Virus record (IMG/VR): IMGVR_UViG_3300022744_000020
Location: 26,203 to 90,202 of that record
Length of the DNA: 64,000 bases
DNA from: a virus
Reading direction: 5' to 3' (one strand)
The notes beneath the pieces were generated by a model. That model saw only the letters and a list, made by a program, of their open reading frames with translations, was not told where the DNA came from and made no database searches. Positions within the stretch are counted from its first letter, which is position 1; each line of letters begins with the position of its first letter. Positions 1 through 9,912 of the stretch are shown here, in pieces. The translations under genes and the position numbers were made by a program.

Positions 1-1626
1 TTCTTTTCTGAGAGAAGCGATGCTGTTATCCTTCACACCTCTTGGATCTAGCTCGTATTCGGTTTCAAACTGGCTCAGTCTGGCATCAAAGTCTGGATTG
101 GCGTTCTCATAGACACGGACACCGCATTTTTGCTGAACGTACTGCATCACCAAATCCATCTCGTACAGAGACAGACGACGAGAATACGCCAGGATCATCA
201 GCAACCTCCCGGACTGGGTGGTCTGAGGATCACCTATTGAATTAAAGCGGTGACTCTTAGCTTCCAATTTAGCCGTGTGAACCAACCCGTTTTCAGCTTG
301 ATTCAGATTCTCACCGTAGTTGCATCGAGCATAACCACCCAATGCGCTGTTAACTGCCACCACGTTCACATGGACTGGCAAGTTGTCGGCGTTATTGGTG
401 TAGTTGACCCAGTCAACCCACCCAGTCTTGGTTTCTTTCAACTCCATTCCAATCCGGTGATCCACATCCAGATCCACCCGGGATTCAGGGCCTCTCAGGA
501 CAGTGAGTTTTTCCGGGTTGTATCTTTCGTCACGACTGCAGACGCAGATCAGAGTGTATTCCTCACCCAGAATAACATCCTCCCCTTTACTCAGACCCAA
601 ATACCCTCCGGTGAGTTCAACGGAGTTGGCTCGAACATACGGGTTGATCTCGTATTTGGCAACAGGGGAGAAAAACTCTCGACCCTTTGGACTTTGATCT
701 CGAACCGATAGGCCGGTCCCTACTGGAATGCATGTCTTTTCGTTGGTAAAGTCCAGAAAAAGTTCGAGGTCAGTCAAAAAGAAAGGAGTCACAACCGGGG
801 TCGGTGAAATTGTTTTTCGATACCGCGCGAGTTCAATGCCGGTGCAGCAGTACAGTGCATTGGCGTAGTTGATTTCTCGCTGATTCAAGTACGCTACCTG
901 TTCTCTGGTTCTTTTGAGAACTTGAGCGGTCAGCTCTTTTGTCTTTGAGATCCCAGCATTGATGAACGCCAGTCTCCGATTTACTTCATCCGTGATTGCC
1001 GTGATCTGCGCTTCTCGGAAAGAACTCCGACTGCTCATCAAGGTGTGAAAACTCGATTCTTTGAAATTGATCGAGTTGAAAATTTCCAGGTGTTCGTTTG
1101 ATTTGTCGATGCCAATCGCATCGGCAATTCTTTTCAAGCAGTCAAGCAGCGTCGAATCGATGAGGACTGTCGAGACGTGATGAGTATGTGCTTTAGGGAC
1201 ATACTCCACCGGGTGATTCAGCGTTGCGTAATCTACCTGACCCGCACTGGCTGTTGCCCGAGCGTATTCCTCCAGGGTCTTTTCGACGTTCGGTCTTTCT
1301 GGCCCACCTACCGCTTGGTAGCGCGCAAACAACTTGTACGGCAAGCCAGAGTCCGACACCAGAAAAACATTGCAGACTTCTTGTTCGAGGTAATCGGTCA
1401 GATCAACATCCATTCCCCCGATGGTGAACTGGCTAGGCAGGAGATACGTCCTTACTCCTTCAGCGGTTTCCGTCCACAACTTCAAGGACTTGACAAAGAA
1501 GGTACCCCACTTCAGCATGCCCAGGCGTTGACCCATCGAATAGATTTGAACTTCTTCTTTTTCGATCAAATTGCTCGACGCCGTACCTGTCGGATCAAAG
1601 GGTAAATAGATAGAAACTTCTTCCAT
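1..1626 (-). CDS. Virion structural or tail-fibre-like protein (partial, runs off window start) with a probable LamG/ConA-like domain
   Basis: Absent from the ORF track because no stop is reached. Manual translation from ATG 1626 (GGAG upstream) gives MEEVSIYLPFDPTGTASSNLIEKE. FDPTG..N.I..E resembles phiKZ-like virion protein N-termini. LELFLDF..VRDQSPKG..GRLLMILAYSRRLSLYE..YVQQKCG resembles LamG-like domain ends. Confidence 0.75.
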   Translation of the reverse strand, partial: MEEVSIYLPFDPTGTASSNLIEKEEVQIYSMGQRLGMLKWGTFFVKSLKLWTETAEGVRTYLLPSQFTIGGMDVDLTDYLEQEVCNVFLVSDSGLPYKLFARYQAVGGPERPNVEKTLEEYARATASAGQVDYATLNHPVEYVPKAHTHHVSTVLIDSTLLDCLKRIADAIGIDKSNEHLEIFNSINFKESSFHTLMSSRSSFREAQITAITDEVNRRLAFINAGISKTKELTAQVLKRTREQVAYLNQREINYANALYCCTGIELARYRKTISPTPVVTPFFLTDLELFLDFTNEKTCIPVGTGLSVRDQSPKGREFFSPVAKYEINPYVRANSVELTGGYLGLSKGEDVILGEEYTLICVCSRDERYNPEKLTVLRGPESRVDLDVDHRIGMELKETKTGWVDWVNYTNNADNLPVHVNVVAVNSALGGYARCNYGENLNQAENGLVHTAKLEAKSHRFNSIGDPQTTQSGRLLMILAYSRRLSLYEMDLVMQYVQQKCGVRVYENANPDFDARLSQFETEYELDPRGVKDNSIASLRKE

Positions 1627-1688
1627 TTGGGACTCCAAAAATGATTATTAATGCTCGGCTGTCGCCTCAAACCATCTGAGATAAAAGC

Positions 1689-1733
1689 ATATCTGACTAA
1701 AGCTAGCCCCATCGGACAGCTTTAGTCAGATAT
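1689..1733 (-). terminator. 16-bp intergenic hairpin followed by TATGC on the minus strand
   Basis: ATATCTGACTAAAGCT / AGCTTTAGTCAGATAT. Confidence 0.6.
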
Positions 1734-1740
1734 AGAGGAA

Positions 1741-2376
1741 TTATGCGGGCGGCAGAGCTGGAGGTAGCTTTTTCAAGATGTAGTCCTCCAGCGCTTTCAT
1801 CTGAGTTCTGAGCCTTTCGTTTTCCGTCGTTAAGTCCCGATTGGTCTGAAGCAGACTCGAACTCTTAGATAGATTTGCTCGTCTCTTCGCTTCAATCAGA
1901 GTGTGTTGCTCGTGCGTGAGAAGCACGTTCTCTGCATACTCCATTTCAGTCACAGTCGAATGTACACCCATTTTGGATTTCACTATTTCGGTGATTTCCT
2001 CTTTGAGTGGCGTGAGATCCATGCTGAGAGGGATGGCCTCCAAACTAATGGCTAAAGCGAACAAACCATAGATGATCCCGTCTGCATCTGGAAGCTCTAG
2101 GATGTAGCTGTTTGGGCACAGCACATTGTTTCCCAGAGAATCCTTTAGCGTGAGTATAACTGTGTCTTCTTCGAGATCTTGCTCGTAGAGTGCTTTATCG
2201 ACACCCAGAGGCTCGTAGATCTCTTCGTACACATCGTATCCTCGGCTAACCATGCCTTGGATGTTTTCGATGGCCAGTACCTGATAGACGACCTGGTTAG
2301 ACACAACGGTGTCAAAGGGGGAGTTTACCTTGAAGCTCCCCGACATCCCCACTCGTGGGTAGAAGTTTGCTTCCAC
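1741..2376 (-). CDS. Conserved jumbo-phage hypothetical protein with C-terminal coiled coil (211 aa)
   Basis: Starts 3 nt after the upstream minus-strand gene, GGAGG RBS, heptad-like C-terminus. Confidence 0.75.
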   Translation of the reverse strand: MEANFYPRVGMSGSFKVNSPFDTVVSNQVVYQVLAIENIQGMVSRGYDVYEEIYEPLGVDKALYEQDLEEDTVILTLKDSLGNNVLCPNSYILELPDADGIIYGLFALAISLEAIPLSMDLTPLKEEITEIVKSKMGVHSTVTEMEYAENVLLTHEQHTLIEAKRRANLSKSSSLLQTNRDLTTENERLRTQMKALEDYILKKLPPALPPA

Positions 2377-2379
2377 GTT

Positions 2380-3684
2380 TTAAGCCTCCGGAGTCGTGGC
2401 CAGGGAACTCACCAGGAATCGAATACCCTGGTAGCTGACGGTGACAAAGGTGATGCCTGAGCGAACCGTTCTTTTGTAAGTCGTCCCCAGGTCGTTGTAG
2501 TTGGTCATCGTGCTGGCGATGTAGAGCATATTGGCCAAATGCGTCATGAACGCCTTCGTCTTGTCTTGCATGCGGTTGTGATCCAAACTCAACGAACTCA
2601 CGCTGATCATGTCTGGGAACCAGTCGCTGATCAAACACTTGGCCAGTTTGTTGTTCGGGCTACCCAAGCTCAGAATCTGCAAAGAGCGATACGGGTGGGA
2701 GAACGCCTGAAGATTTTGTTCGATGTGCGTGTCTCCGTATTCAACACCCCACACTTTCTTGGCGTATGCGATTTCTTTACGCAGACTCAGAATAGGGGAA
2801 TTGATCCCAGATTGGATCCCACTGATCTCAGGAAGGGCAATGTTGGCCCACTTCGGGAAAAAAACAAACTCAGTCTCCCGAAACAGATCCGGGAAAATTT
2901 GCTTCCATTGATCAATTGGTTTCGCCGAATTCTTAACCAGGTAAGCAATGATCGCTTTCTTGATCAGATCCAGATCATTGCCCTTGATACCGTAAATCAA
3001 GAACCCCCACGTTGTGTTGATCGTCTGAGCGGTATTCGTCGGATTGATGTATGGGTAGTTTTCAGCGGCGATCGAAGTTTCTGGGTAGATACCCTTTGCG
3101 TCCTGGAGACCCATCAAATAGTCTTGGGGGTTCTTTGCCTCGATCGCCGCTTTGACGGCACTGAATCCGGAAAAGAAACTATCGATCGGCGTCAGTGGAG
3201 GAACCACCACAATCTCGTACTCATCGTAGAGTTGACGAAAAGAGTCATCACTGAACCAGATCAGGAACGAGTTGTCATCCTGAGTATAGCTCAGATCCTT
3301 CCAGGTCACCCAAGTCGGGTAAGACGCACCAGTCGGGAGGTTGACCATGTCTCCAATCTCGATGCTGGTGATCTTGTCGCCGAATTGTGCCGCCAGAAGC
3401 GATTTGAAAACCTGTCGGGTTTCAGGCTGCGTCGAAGTGGCTTGTCTTTCTTGGATCCAATCCAGAATGCTGACAGCTCTGGTCACCTGTGGACTCGGGG
3501 GAGTCACCGAGACATCATTGATCTTGCTGGAGAACTCCACCAGCGTCACCGCGGTTCCGGGATGCGTTTTGCAGTCTCGAGCATAGGTCTTTGCCTGAGT
3601 GCTCAGCTCCCCAATCACTGCAATTTTCCCGTCGGCGTTGTCGCGCAAGCTGGGGATAGAGCAAAATCCTTTGAACTGGTACAT
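2380..3684 (-). CDS. Putative virion structural protein (434 aa)
   Basis: Long ORF next to the RNase H/UvsX block. The structural role is inferred from phiKZ-like gene order. Confidence 0.7.
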   Translation of the reverse strand: MYQFKGFCSIPSLRDNADGKIAVIGELSTQAKTYARDCKTHPGTAVTLVEFSSKINDVSVTPPSPQVTRAVSILDWIQERQATSTQPETRQVFKSLLAAQFGDKITSIEIGDMVNLPTGASYPTWVTWKDLSYTQDDNSFLIWFSDDSFRQLYDEYEIVVVPPLTPIDSFFSGFSAVKAAIEAKNPQDYLMGLQDAKGIYPETSIAAENYPYINPTNTAQTINTTWGFLIYGIKGNDLDLIKKAIIAYLVKNSAKPIDQWKQIFPDLFRETEFVFFPKWANIALPEISGIQSGINSPILSLRKEIAYAKKVWGVEYGDTHIEQNLQAFSHPYRSLQILSLGSPNNKLAKCLISDWFPDMISVSSLSLDHNRMQDKTKAFMTHLANMLYIASTMTNYNDLGTTYKRTVRSGITFVTVSYQGIRFLVSSLATTPEA

Positions 3685-3878
3685 AGTCTTGTTTCCGAAG
3701 TGATGTGAAATGATCAGGTATAAAGCCGATCCGAATCTTCAGGATCATGCCTTAGCTATAGGATTTTCACCAGTTGACCAATAAAGACTAGACACCAGTG
3801 AAAATCATCTTTGATTTTTGTTATACTTGAATTACAAAGCACTAAAAACCTCAATCTAACTTAGGAGTTTTACACCCC

Positions 3879-4349
3879 ATGATTTCAATAGGTACACTCA
3901 TCACAATCGGCAAGGGTCTTTATCCCTATCTCAAAGAAATCTTCCGTGACATCAATCGCGGTAAGAAAACCAAACAGAAAAAACCGGAGGTCCATTTCTT
4001 GCGAAGCGTCGTCATCGTTCTTGGATTGCTGATTTCTGGCGGGGGAATTTATTTGGCTGAGAAATATCATAGCCTAAGTAAAGAGCAGCAAAAGAAAATC
4101 GAAGAGCTTTCAGCCAAAGCCCGTGCTACTCCAACGCCTCCGGCTGTGGCCTCTGCTTCTTCAGCCCCGGAGGTCTGCACTCCTCCAGTTCCGGATGGTC
4201 CTCCGAAACCGGTCGCGATCCCTGATACTCGCAGGGATGTTAGACCAAAGAGAAAACAACCAAAAACCGAACCCGCTCCGGAGCCGGATCCAAAAATTGT
4301 GGACGAGGTCATCAAAACCCTCGATCAATACCGTCCATCCAAGAACTAA
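3879..4349 (+). CDS. Inner-membrane protein, candidate i-spanin
   Basis: AGGAG RBS, one TM segment (VVIVLGLLISGGGIYL), short coiled coil, Pro-rich tail, followed by a lipoprotein gene. Confidence 0.55.
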   Translation: MISIGTLITIGKGLYPYLKEIFRDINRGKKTKQKKPEVHFLRSVVIVLGLLISGGGIYLAEKYHSLSKEQQKKIEELSAKARATPTPPAVASASSAPEVCTPPVPDGPPKPVAIPDTRRDVRPKRKQPKTEPAPEPDPKIVDEVIKTLDQYRPSKN

Positions 4350-4373
4350 AGCAGATTTGCTCAAACATACATC

Positions 4374-4706
4374 ATGAAGAAGCTACTCAAACTGATCGCC
4401 CTGAGCGCGCTCTTGTACGGTTGCTCGACCAACGACTTCGTTCCGGATAATCGGGTTTACAACATCCACAACACGACTACGATTCAGGCTCCGCCTATGA
4501 ACGCAGCCGAGAAAGGCAAAGTGACTGATTGTCTTTCTGAGGTAAACTTGGTGGAAGTACCCCTTCCTCCAACGGAGAGACTGAGGTCCATTAGAGGGCA
4601 GAGAGAGCAAGACGCTCAGGTCATTCGAATACTCGTCGATTACACACGACAACTCAACGAAGCCCTGGCCGAACAACAAAAGCTCGTACGGGCCGGGTGT
4701 CGTTGA
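4374..4706 (+). CDS. Lipoprotein, candidate o-spanin
   Basis: Signal peptide and lipobox MKKLLKLIALSALLYG-C, two further Cys, VPLPP motif, C-terminal helix. Confidence 0.65.
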   Translation: MKKLLKLIALSALLYGCSTNDFVPDNRVYNIHNTTTIQAPPMNAAEKGKVTDCLSEVNLVEVPLPPTERLRSIRGQREQDAQVIRILVDYTRQLNEALAEQQKLVRAGCR

Positions 4707-4722
4707 AGTCATGCCTAAATTT

Positions 4723-4755
4723 ACTACGTTAGACCATGATCTGGTCTAACGTAGT
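4723..4755 (+). terminator. 14-bp perfect hairpin followed by CTTATG
   Basis: ACTACGTTAGACCA-tgatc-TGGTCTAACGTAGT. Confidence 0.6.
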
Positions 4756-4776
4756 CTTATGTTGAATGGAGCCAAA

Positions 4777-6339
4777 ATGGCAAAGAAAAAGAGTGCCTCT
4801 AAAGAAGTAGAAGCTTCCCCCTTAGAGGCGGTCTATTACACAGACGGTGGTTGTCGCCCGAGTAATCCCGGTTTTGCTGGGTGGGGTGTGCATGGATACC
4901 ATTACCGGAAGACGACCAATCCAAAAGGAACGGGACTTCCGAAATGGGGGTTCAATGCAGACGGGTACTACGACAAGACGGCTGAAAACAAACCCAAGAC
5001 TCTGGAGCCTTTGGAGATTGTCAACTACGTTGACGGCTGGGGAACCATTGACGGGCTGAGCACCAACAACGTTGCAGAAATACAAGCGGCAATCTCGGCC
5101 CTGCAGTATTCCCAAGACAAGAATCTCAAATCCATCAAGATCTACTCTGATTCCAAACAACTGGTCGAAGCTGCCAATGGTTGGATCAGCAAGTGGAGGA
5201 GTCGCGATTGGAAGCGGGCCGACGGGAATCCTGTTGCCAATCGGCAAAGCTGGGAAGTGTTGGATGGCTACCTTCAGAAATACAAGGACAACGAGATCCC
5301 AGTTAGTCTGACGTGGATTCGCTCTCACGACGGACACCTCGGTAATGAGGCTGCAGACACACTGGCTACGTTGGGTGTCTTCACGAACCAGAAGGGTCAG
5401 AGTAAGCAACAGTTCGACTTGAGTCCTGCTCAAGGCTACTGGAAGGTCGCGGGAGATAAGCCCGCACTGTTCACCCTCAACGAGATCGTCTTCATGCCCA
5501 CGGAGCATTACTTTGCTCCTGGTCACCACCTCCTGGTCACGCCTCCCCCGTCTGCCAAGAAAGACAAGGACAAGGAAAATGCCAAGAAGAAAGACCCGGC
5601 GTATGGCAAGAGAGAGGTGGACTGTGCCTATGCCTACGTGGAGTTGAAAGAACCGGACGAACTCTTTGAGACGATCCTGAATTATCAGAAGCAAGTCAGC
5701 ACTGGGAAATTCAGCGTCATGCGAGTTGATACCCGAGTGTTGTACCGGAAAACAGGGAAAGCCTCGATCCGGCAGTATGTTTCAAAGTTCGGATCGGATT
5801 GCATGGCCGTTGCTCGAGACTGGTTGAGCGACATTTGTTTCATCGACAAGACCCCACTGACTCAAGAAATTCAGCCAGTGAAGCTTTCGATGAGAATGTT
5901 CGATGTCTCAACACATCTCTGCGCCATACTCAGGCAATCATTGAGGGTATTGCTTCCTGGGTCGTACCCAGATGCGGGAGCTGGTCTCAAACTGGCCTTC
6001 ACAGACATCACGGATCGCATCTATAACGAACCAAAACAGGGCATAAGGAGCCTGAATGGATCATTTGCATCCGGACCTACGGAAGCGTTATTTAAAGCGA
6101 ACGTAGCGGGTTTAAACGAGCCGGAGGAAATAAAACTCTACATCGATTTGGACATTCCTGATCGCGGGAGCTTGAAGAAATTAGGAGAACAAAATCCGAA
6201 GATCCACATCGTCACTTGGTTGGAGTCTGATCTGTGTTTTCGCTTTGCTGTGATTGTCATGGCCGACAGTGGTAATTTGATCCAGTGCACCTATTACGCC
6301 AACACGAAGTATCTGAAGACAAAATCCGAAGCACTGTAA
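4777..6339 (+). CDS. rnh: Ribonuclease HI with long C-terminal extension (phiKZ gp155-like)
   Basis: YTDGGCRPSNPG, TNNVAE, IYSDS, W.RSH.G..GNE.AD RNase HI motifs. ATG 4777 follows GGAG. Confidence 0.92.
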   Translation: MAKKKSASKEVEASPLEAVYYTDGGCRPSNPGFAGWGVHGYHYRKTTNPKGTGLPKWGFNADGYYDKTAENKPKTLEPLEIVNYVDGWGTIDGLSTNNVAEIQAAISALQYSQDKNLKSIKIYSDSKQLVEAANGWISKWRSRDWKRADGNPVANRQSWEVLDGYLQKYKDNEIPVSLTWIRSHDGHLGNEAADTLATLGVFTNQKGQSKQQFDLSPAQGYWKVAGDKPALFTLNEIVFMPTEHYFAPGHHLLVTPPPSAKKDKDKENAKKKDPAYGKREVDCAYAYVELKEPDELFETILNYQKQVSTGKFSVMRVDTRVLYRKTGKASIRQYVSKFGSDCMAVARDWLSDICFIDKTPLTQEIQPVKLSMRMFDVSTHLCAILRQSLRVLLPGSYPDAGAGLKLAFTDITDRIYNEPKQGIRSLNGSFASGPTEALFKANVAGLNEPEEIKLYIDLDIPDRGSLKKLGEQNPKIHIVTWLESDLCFRFAVIVMADSGNLIQCTYYANTKYLKTKSEAL

Positions 6340-6485
6340 TCCCATCCATTGAGACGGAATATTTGTCAGGACCCGTCTACAATGGTTACTTGAACTGACA
6401 CTTCCATCCAGCCTCCCCTTGTGGGCGGCTTGATGGATTATTTCGTTCAGTAGCTTTTATTTTGTTTCCTAAGGCGTTTAAACAT

Positions 6486-6905
6486 ATGAGCATCCTCACA
6501 TTCACCAGCAATCCGCTCGCGCTGTTCCTTCTGAGAATACAACCCCAGCCCGCTCGTCGGCGTGCGTTGCTTACTTCTTTTTTGGCCAGCGTCAAGCCGG
6601 GTGAGAAGAGCTTGGACGATGAAGTTTTGAGTCGACTGAATTCAGTTTTGAAGCTGGCAACTCAAGACCCCAATGGATTGAAGTCGCTTAAGGCCGCAGT
6701 CGCTGCAAGCCCCGTGGTGTGGAAGCACCAAGAGGCCACCCCTACCCAACCTGATACTTCTTTCCACTCTACCGACCCGGAGGAAATCCGTCAAGACGTG
6801 GAGCGAATCGTCAACGGAATTCCAAAATCGATCCTGTATGCAGAGCCTGCCGAGGTTTGCCGGGAGTTTTTCGAAGCCCTTGGAATCGAAAAAGAAGGAC
6901 TGTAA
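6486..6905 (+). CDS. Hypothetical protein
   Basis: ORF filling the gap after RNase H. ATG 6486 preferred over the TTG at 6462. Confidence 0.65.
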   Translation: MSILTFTSNPLALFLLRIQPQPARRRALLTSFLASVKPGEKSLDDEVLSRLNSVLKLATQDPNGLKSLKAAVAASPVVWKHQEATPTQPDTSFHSTDPEEIRQDVERIVNGIPKSILYAEPAEVCREFFEALGIEKEGL

Positions 6906-6922
6906 TACGCCACACACATCAA

Positions 6923-6963
6923 ACACTGAGTCGCAATGGGCATCTCCCATTGCGACTCAGTGT
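6923..6963. terminator. 18-bp perfect hairpin between convergent genes
   Basis: ACACTGAGTCGCAATGGG-catct-CCCATTGCGACTCAGTGT. Confidence 0.75.
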
Positions 6964-6970
6964 AGGTCTG

Positions 6971-7816
6971 TTAGCCCAGACTTTCTTCCACAGATTTCAG
7001 CGTGTGCTCAATCGTGCCCTTCATGGCGAGCACTCGGAAATACGTGGTTGAATAAAGCTCGAGTTCTTTCGCCACTGCATAAGCGTAGTTCGACAGACGC
7101 TCGGAAGCTTCGACACTGGCCTTTCGATCCGCTCCCTTGCCGAAAGATTCGATGATCGCATCGATCAGATCGGTGCATGTTTTCACGCTGGATTTGATCT
7201 GGTCAACCTTGACCGTTTCGATGTTCCCGATGCACAGATTGAGCTTGCTCAGAACGGCAGGCCAATCCGAGTTTCGGTCGATCACTTTGGAAATCTTGGT
7301 CTTCGAGACAATGGAGTTTCGGACAAAGCACTTACCCATTCGACCGTAGGCGTCTTCGCGAACCTTGTTGATTGCGTCGATCTTTTTCTTGTCCGTATGG
7401 ATGTCCGTCGAGAACGCTTTGTCGGACAGGAATCTCCCCAGGTAAGAGGCGTAAGGATCGAGCGTTTCCGATTGAATCTTCTTGCAGTGCTCGGTCACCG
7501 GCAGCAGAATTTCCAGGTACTTCAGATAGGAAACTCCCAAACCTTCAGGGCAGAAAGCAGGCATGTCAGCCAGGGTCGTGAAGGGAACGCTGTTGGCGAC
7601 CTTCATGAACTTCGACTGATCTTTGGAGATTGCATGGATTCCCACGATCGCCGAGAGATCTTTGGACACACTGAAGTAGTCTCGGATCTTGAGTACCAGC
7701 GCTTTGAATTGTGCCGGAATCGCGGCAAAGTTGATTGCCTCCTGGCTGAGTTGGAGCTGAAGTGCTTGAGCTTCAGCTTGAATCGATTCCAAACTGACTT
7801 GTACGGTTTGAGTCAT
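6971..7816 (-). CDS. Putative virion head protein (phiKZ gp153-like position)
   Basis: Divergent from uvsX. Likely start MTQTVQVSLE carries an S-L-E prohead-protease-type site. Confidence 0.65.
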   Translation of the reverse strand: MTQTVQVSLESIQAEAQALQLQLSQEAINFAAIPAQFKALVLKIRDYFSVSKDLSAIVGIHAISKDQSKFMKVANSVPFTTLADMPAFCPEGLGVSYLKYLEILLPVTEHCKKIQSETLDPYASYLGRFLSDKAFSTDIHTDKKKIDAINKVREDAYGRMGKCFVRNSIVSKTKISKVIDRNSDWPAVLSKLNLCIGNIETVKVDQIKSSVKTCTDLIDAIIESFGKGADRKASVEASERLSNYAYAVAKELELYSTTYFRVLAMKGTIEHTLKSVEESLG

Positions 7817-7985
7817 GGGGTTTCCCAGAATAAAAACAAATGAATGTGTACTAAACACCCTCAAGTCATGGAGTTTTGCTCTGAAAAGATGGGGATTTTT
7901 ATTAACCTGCAAGACTGATACTCTGTAAGACAATCTACAAAGGCTGTCTAGTGTCAACCATGATCATGCGAGAAAAGGATTTGAA

Positions 7986-9419
7986 ATGACCGTTATGCGA
8001 GTGAATATGGGCGGCGTTAAGACGATACCTCGAACCAAGATCAGCTACAACGTCGGCGCGTGCCTGGATGTTCCTAGCGGTAAGTTCAAGACTGGACTAC
8101 ATGGTGAGTCCTATCTCAACGGCGGTATCGGCCTGATGGGTGGGGTGGCTGGTAAACCCAACACCTATAAGTCCTTGCTAATGGAGTTCATGCTACTCAG
8201 TTCGATGGAACGATATCGAACCCAAGGTATCATTTACGATACCGAACTCAACAAGCAGGCTGATCGACTGCATCAGTTGGCTAACCGATTCCCTGGTTTG
8301 AGGGGTCGGGATTTGTTTGATGAAGAGTCTCTGATCGTTTCCGATCGAACCAACTACTCGGCCAATGAGTGGTACGACTGGTTCAAGACCTTCATGGATA
8401 GCAAGGTCAAGGATCGCTCAAAACTGATGCTGACGTCGCCGTTCCTGCATCCGACAACGAACGAGCCGATCCGGACGATTGTTCCGACATCCGTGTTGAT
8501 CGACTCTTTCACCAAGTTTGAGGCCGACGCCACTACCGAAAAACTCGACGAGAGCCTGGGCAGCAAAAAAGTGCTGACCATGTACATGCAACAGGGCCTG
8601 ACCAAGGCTCACTTTTTGACGGACGTACCAAAACGTCTGGCAGAGTCGGGTTGCAATCTCTTCATGTCGGCGCACGTCGGACAGAACATCCCCATGGATG
8701 GGGCCATGCATCCGTCCAAGCAGATGCAGTTTCTCTCTCAGCAAGACAAGATCAAGGGCGTCACCAACGACTGGTTGTACATGACGACGATCTTCTGGAT
8801 GTGTCTGAACTCCATGGTGATGAAGCATGACGGCACCAAAGGAGCAGAATACCCCAAGGAGAGTATCGACAATGAGCCGGGAAATTCTGACCTGAATTTG
8901 GTCACCCTGCAGTCGGTACGCAACAAGAATGGTCCGTCTGGTAAGATGGTGAAGGTGGTGGTTTCCCAGCGCGAAGGCGTGCTGAGCGGACTCACCGAAT
9001 TCGAATACATCAAATCCAACGACCGTTACGGGATGGGTGGTAACAACACGACCTACTTCCTGGATTTGTTGCCTGAAACCAAACTGATGCGCACCACTGT
9101 GCGTGGTAAGCTGGACACCGATCCCAAGCTTGCACGCGCGATGAATTTGACGAGCGAGATCTGTCAGCAAACCTACTCCGAAGCCGGGGAGGAAGATCTC
9201 TTCGTCCCAATGGCTCAGCTCTATGACGAGATCCGTACTCGCGGATATGACTGGGACGTCCTCCTCAACACACGAGGATGGTGGACCTTCCAAGAATATG
9301 AGGACCAAGAACTTCCGTTCCTCTCGTCCAGAGACCTGCTGAACATTCGCCGCGGCTACCACCCGTACTGGTTGGCCGCAGACAAAAAAACCATCATTGC
9401 TAAAAAGAGCAAGCGATAA
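7986..9419 (+). CDS. uvsX: UvsX/RecA-like recombinase
   Basis: Walker A variant GKPNTYKS, YDTE, Walker B VLIDSF, RNKNGPSG. AAGGA RBS. Confidence 0.88.
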   Translation: MTVMRVNMGGVKTIPRTKISYNVGACLDVPSGKFKTGLHGESYLNGGIGLMGGVAGKPNTYKSLLMEFMLLSSMERYRTQGIIYDTELNKQADRLHQLANRFPGLRGRDLFDEESLIVSDRTNYSANEWYDWFKTFMDSKVKDRSKLMLTSPFLHPTTNEPIRTIVPTSVLIDSFTKFEADATTEKLDESLGSKKVLTMYMQQGLTKAHFLTDVPKRLAESGCNLFMSAHVGQNIPMDGAMHPSKQMQFLSQQDKIKGVTNDWLYMTTIFWMCLNSMVMKHDGTKGAEYPKESIDNEPGNSDLNLVTLQSVRNKNGPSGKMVKVVVSQREGVLSGLTEFEYIKSNDRYGMGGNNTTYFLDLLPETKLMRTTVRGKLDTDPKLARAMNLTSEICQQTYSEAGEEDLFVPMAQLYDEIRTRGYDWDVLLNTRGWWTFQEYEDQELPFLSSRDLLNIRRGYHPYWLAADKKTIIAKKSKR

Positions 9420-9440
9420 ACCCAATCGAGTTTCAAAAAC

Positions 9441-9845
9441 ATGCAACCAGCTATCACCCCTATCGATCCCGCTCAGTGGAACAGCGTCATGGCTTCGGCC
9501 AATGCGGTGCAGCGCGACCTCGGACAAGTGCCTCTGCGTGAGGCTCACGAACCCAACTACGTGGATCAGGTCGGCCAGCAGATCCAGGAAGCCGGGGGAG
9601 ACGCCGGCCTGTGGGGTCAGGCTGTCGATATCTACGGTGTGGATATCTATCAGCCGGAATTCCAGCGTATGTGTATCAATCGCGATTTCCGCGGGCGTCT
9701 GATCCATGCTGCTCAAATTCTGAACAACCCCGACAGCTTCTTCGAGCTGCGGCTGAATCTCAACGACAAAGATCCGGCCCCGACGTGGTTGTTCAATCTC
9801 AAGGATCAAGTCATTCCTGCCTTGGTGAAACTTGAGGCGGTGTAA
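9441..9845 (+). CDS. Hypothetical protein (134 aa)
   Basis: ORF directly after uvsX on the same strand. Confidence 0.75.
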   Translation: MQPAITPIDPAQWNSVMASANAVQRDLGQVPLREAHEPNYVDQVGQQIQEAGGDAGLWGQAVDIYGVDIYQPEFQRMCINRDFRGRLIHAAQILNNPDSFFELRLNLNDKDPAPTWLFNLKDQVIPALVKLEAV

Positions 9846-9912
9846 ACCATCCCGGTAAGCCAGGAGGCCATTCGGCTTCCTGGCCCCTATGCTCCTTTAT
9901 AGAGAATCAATC

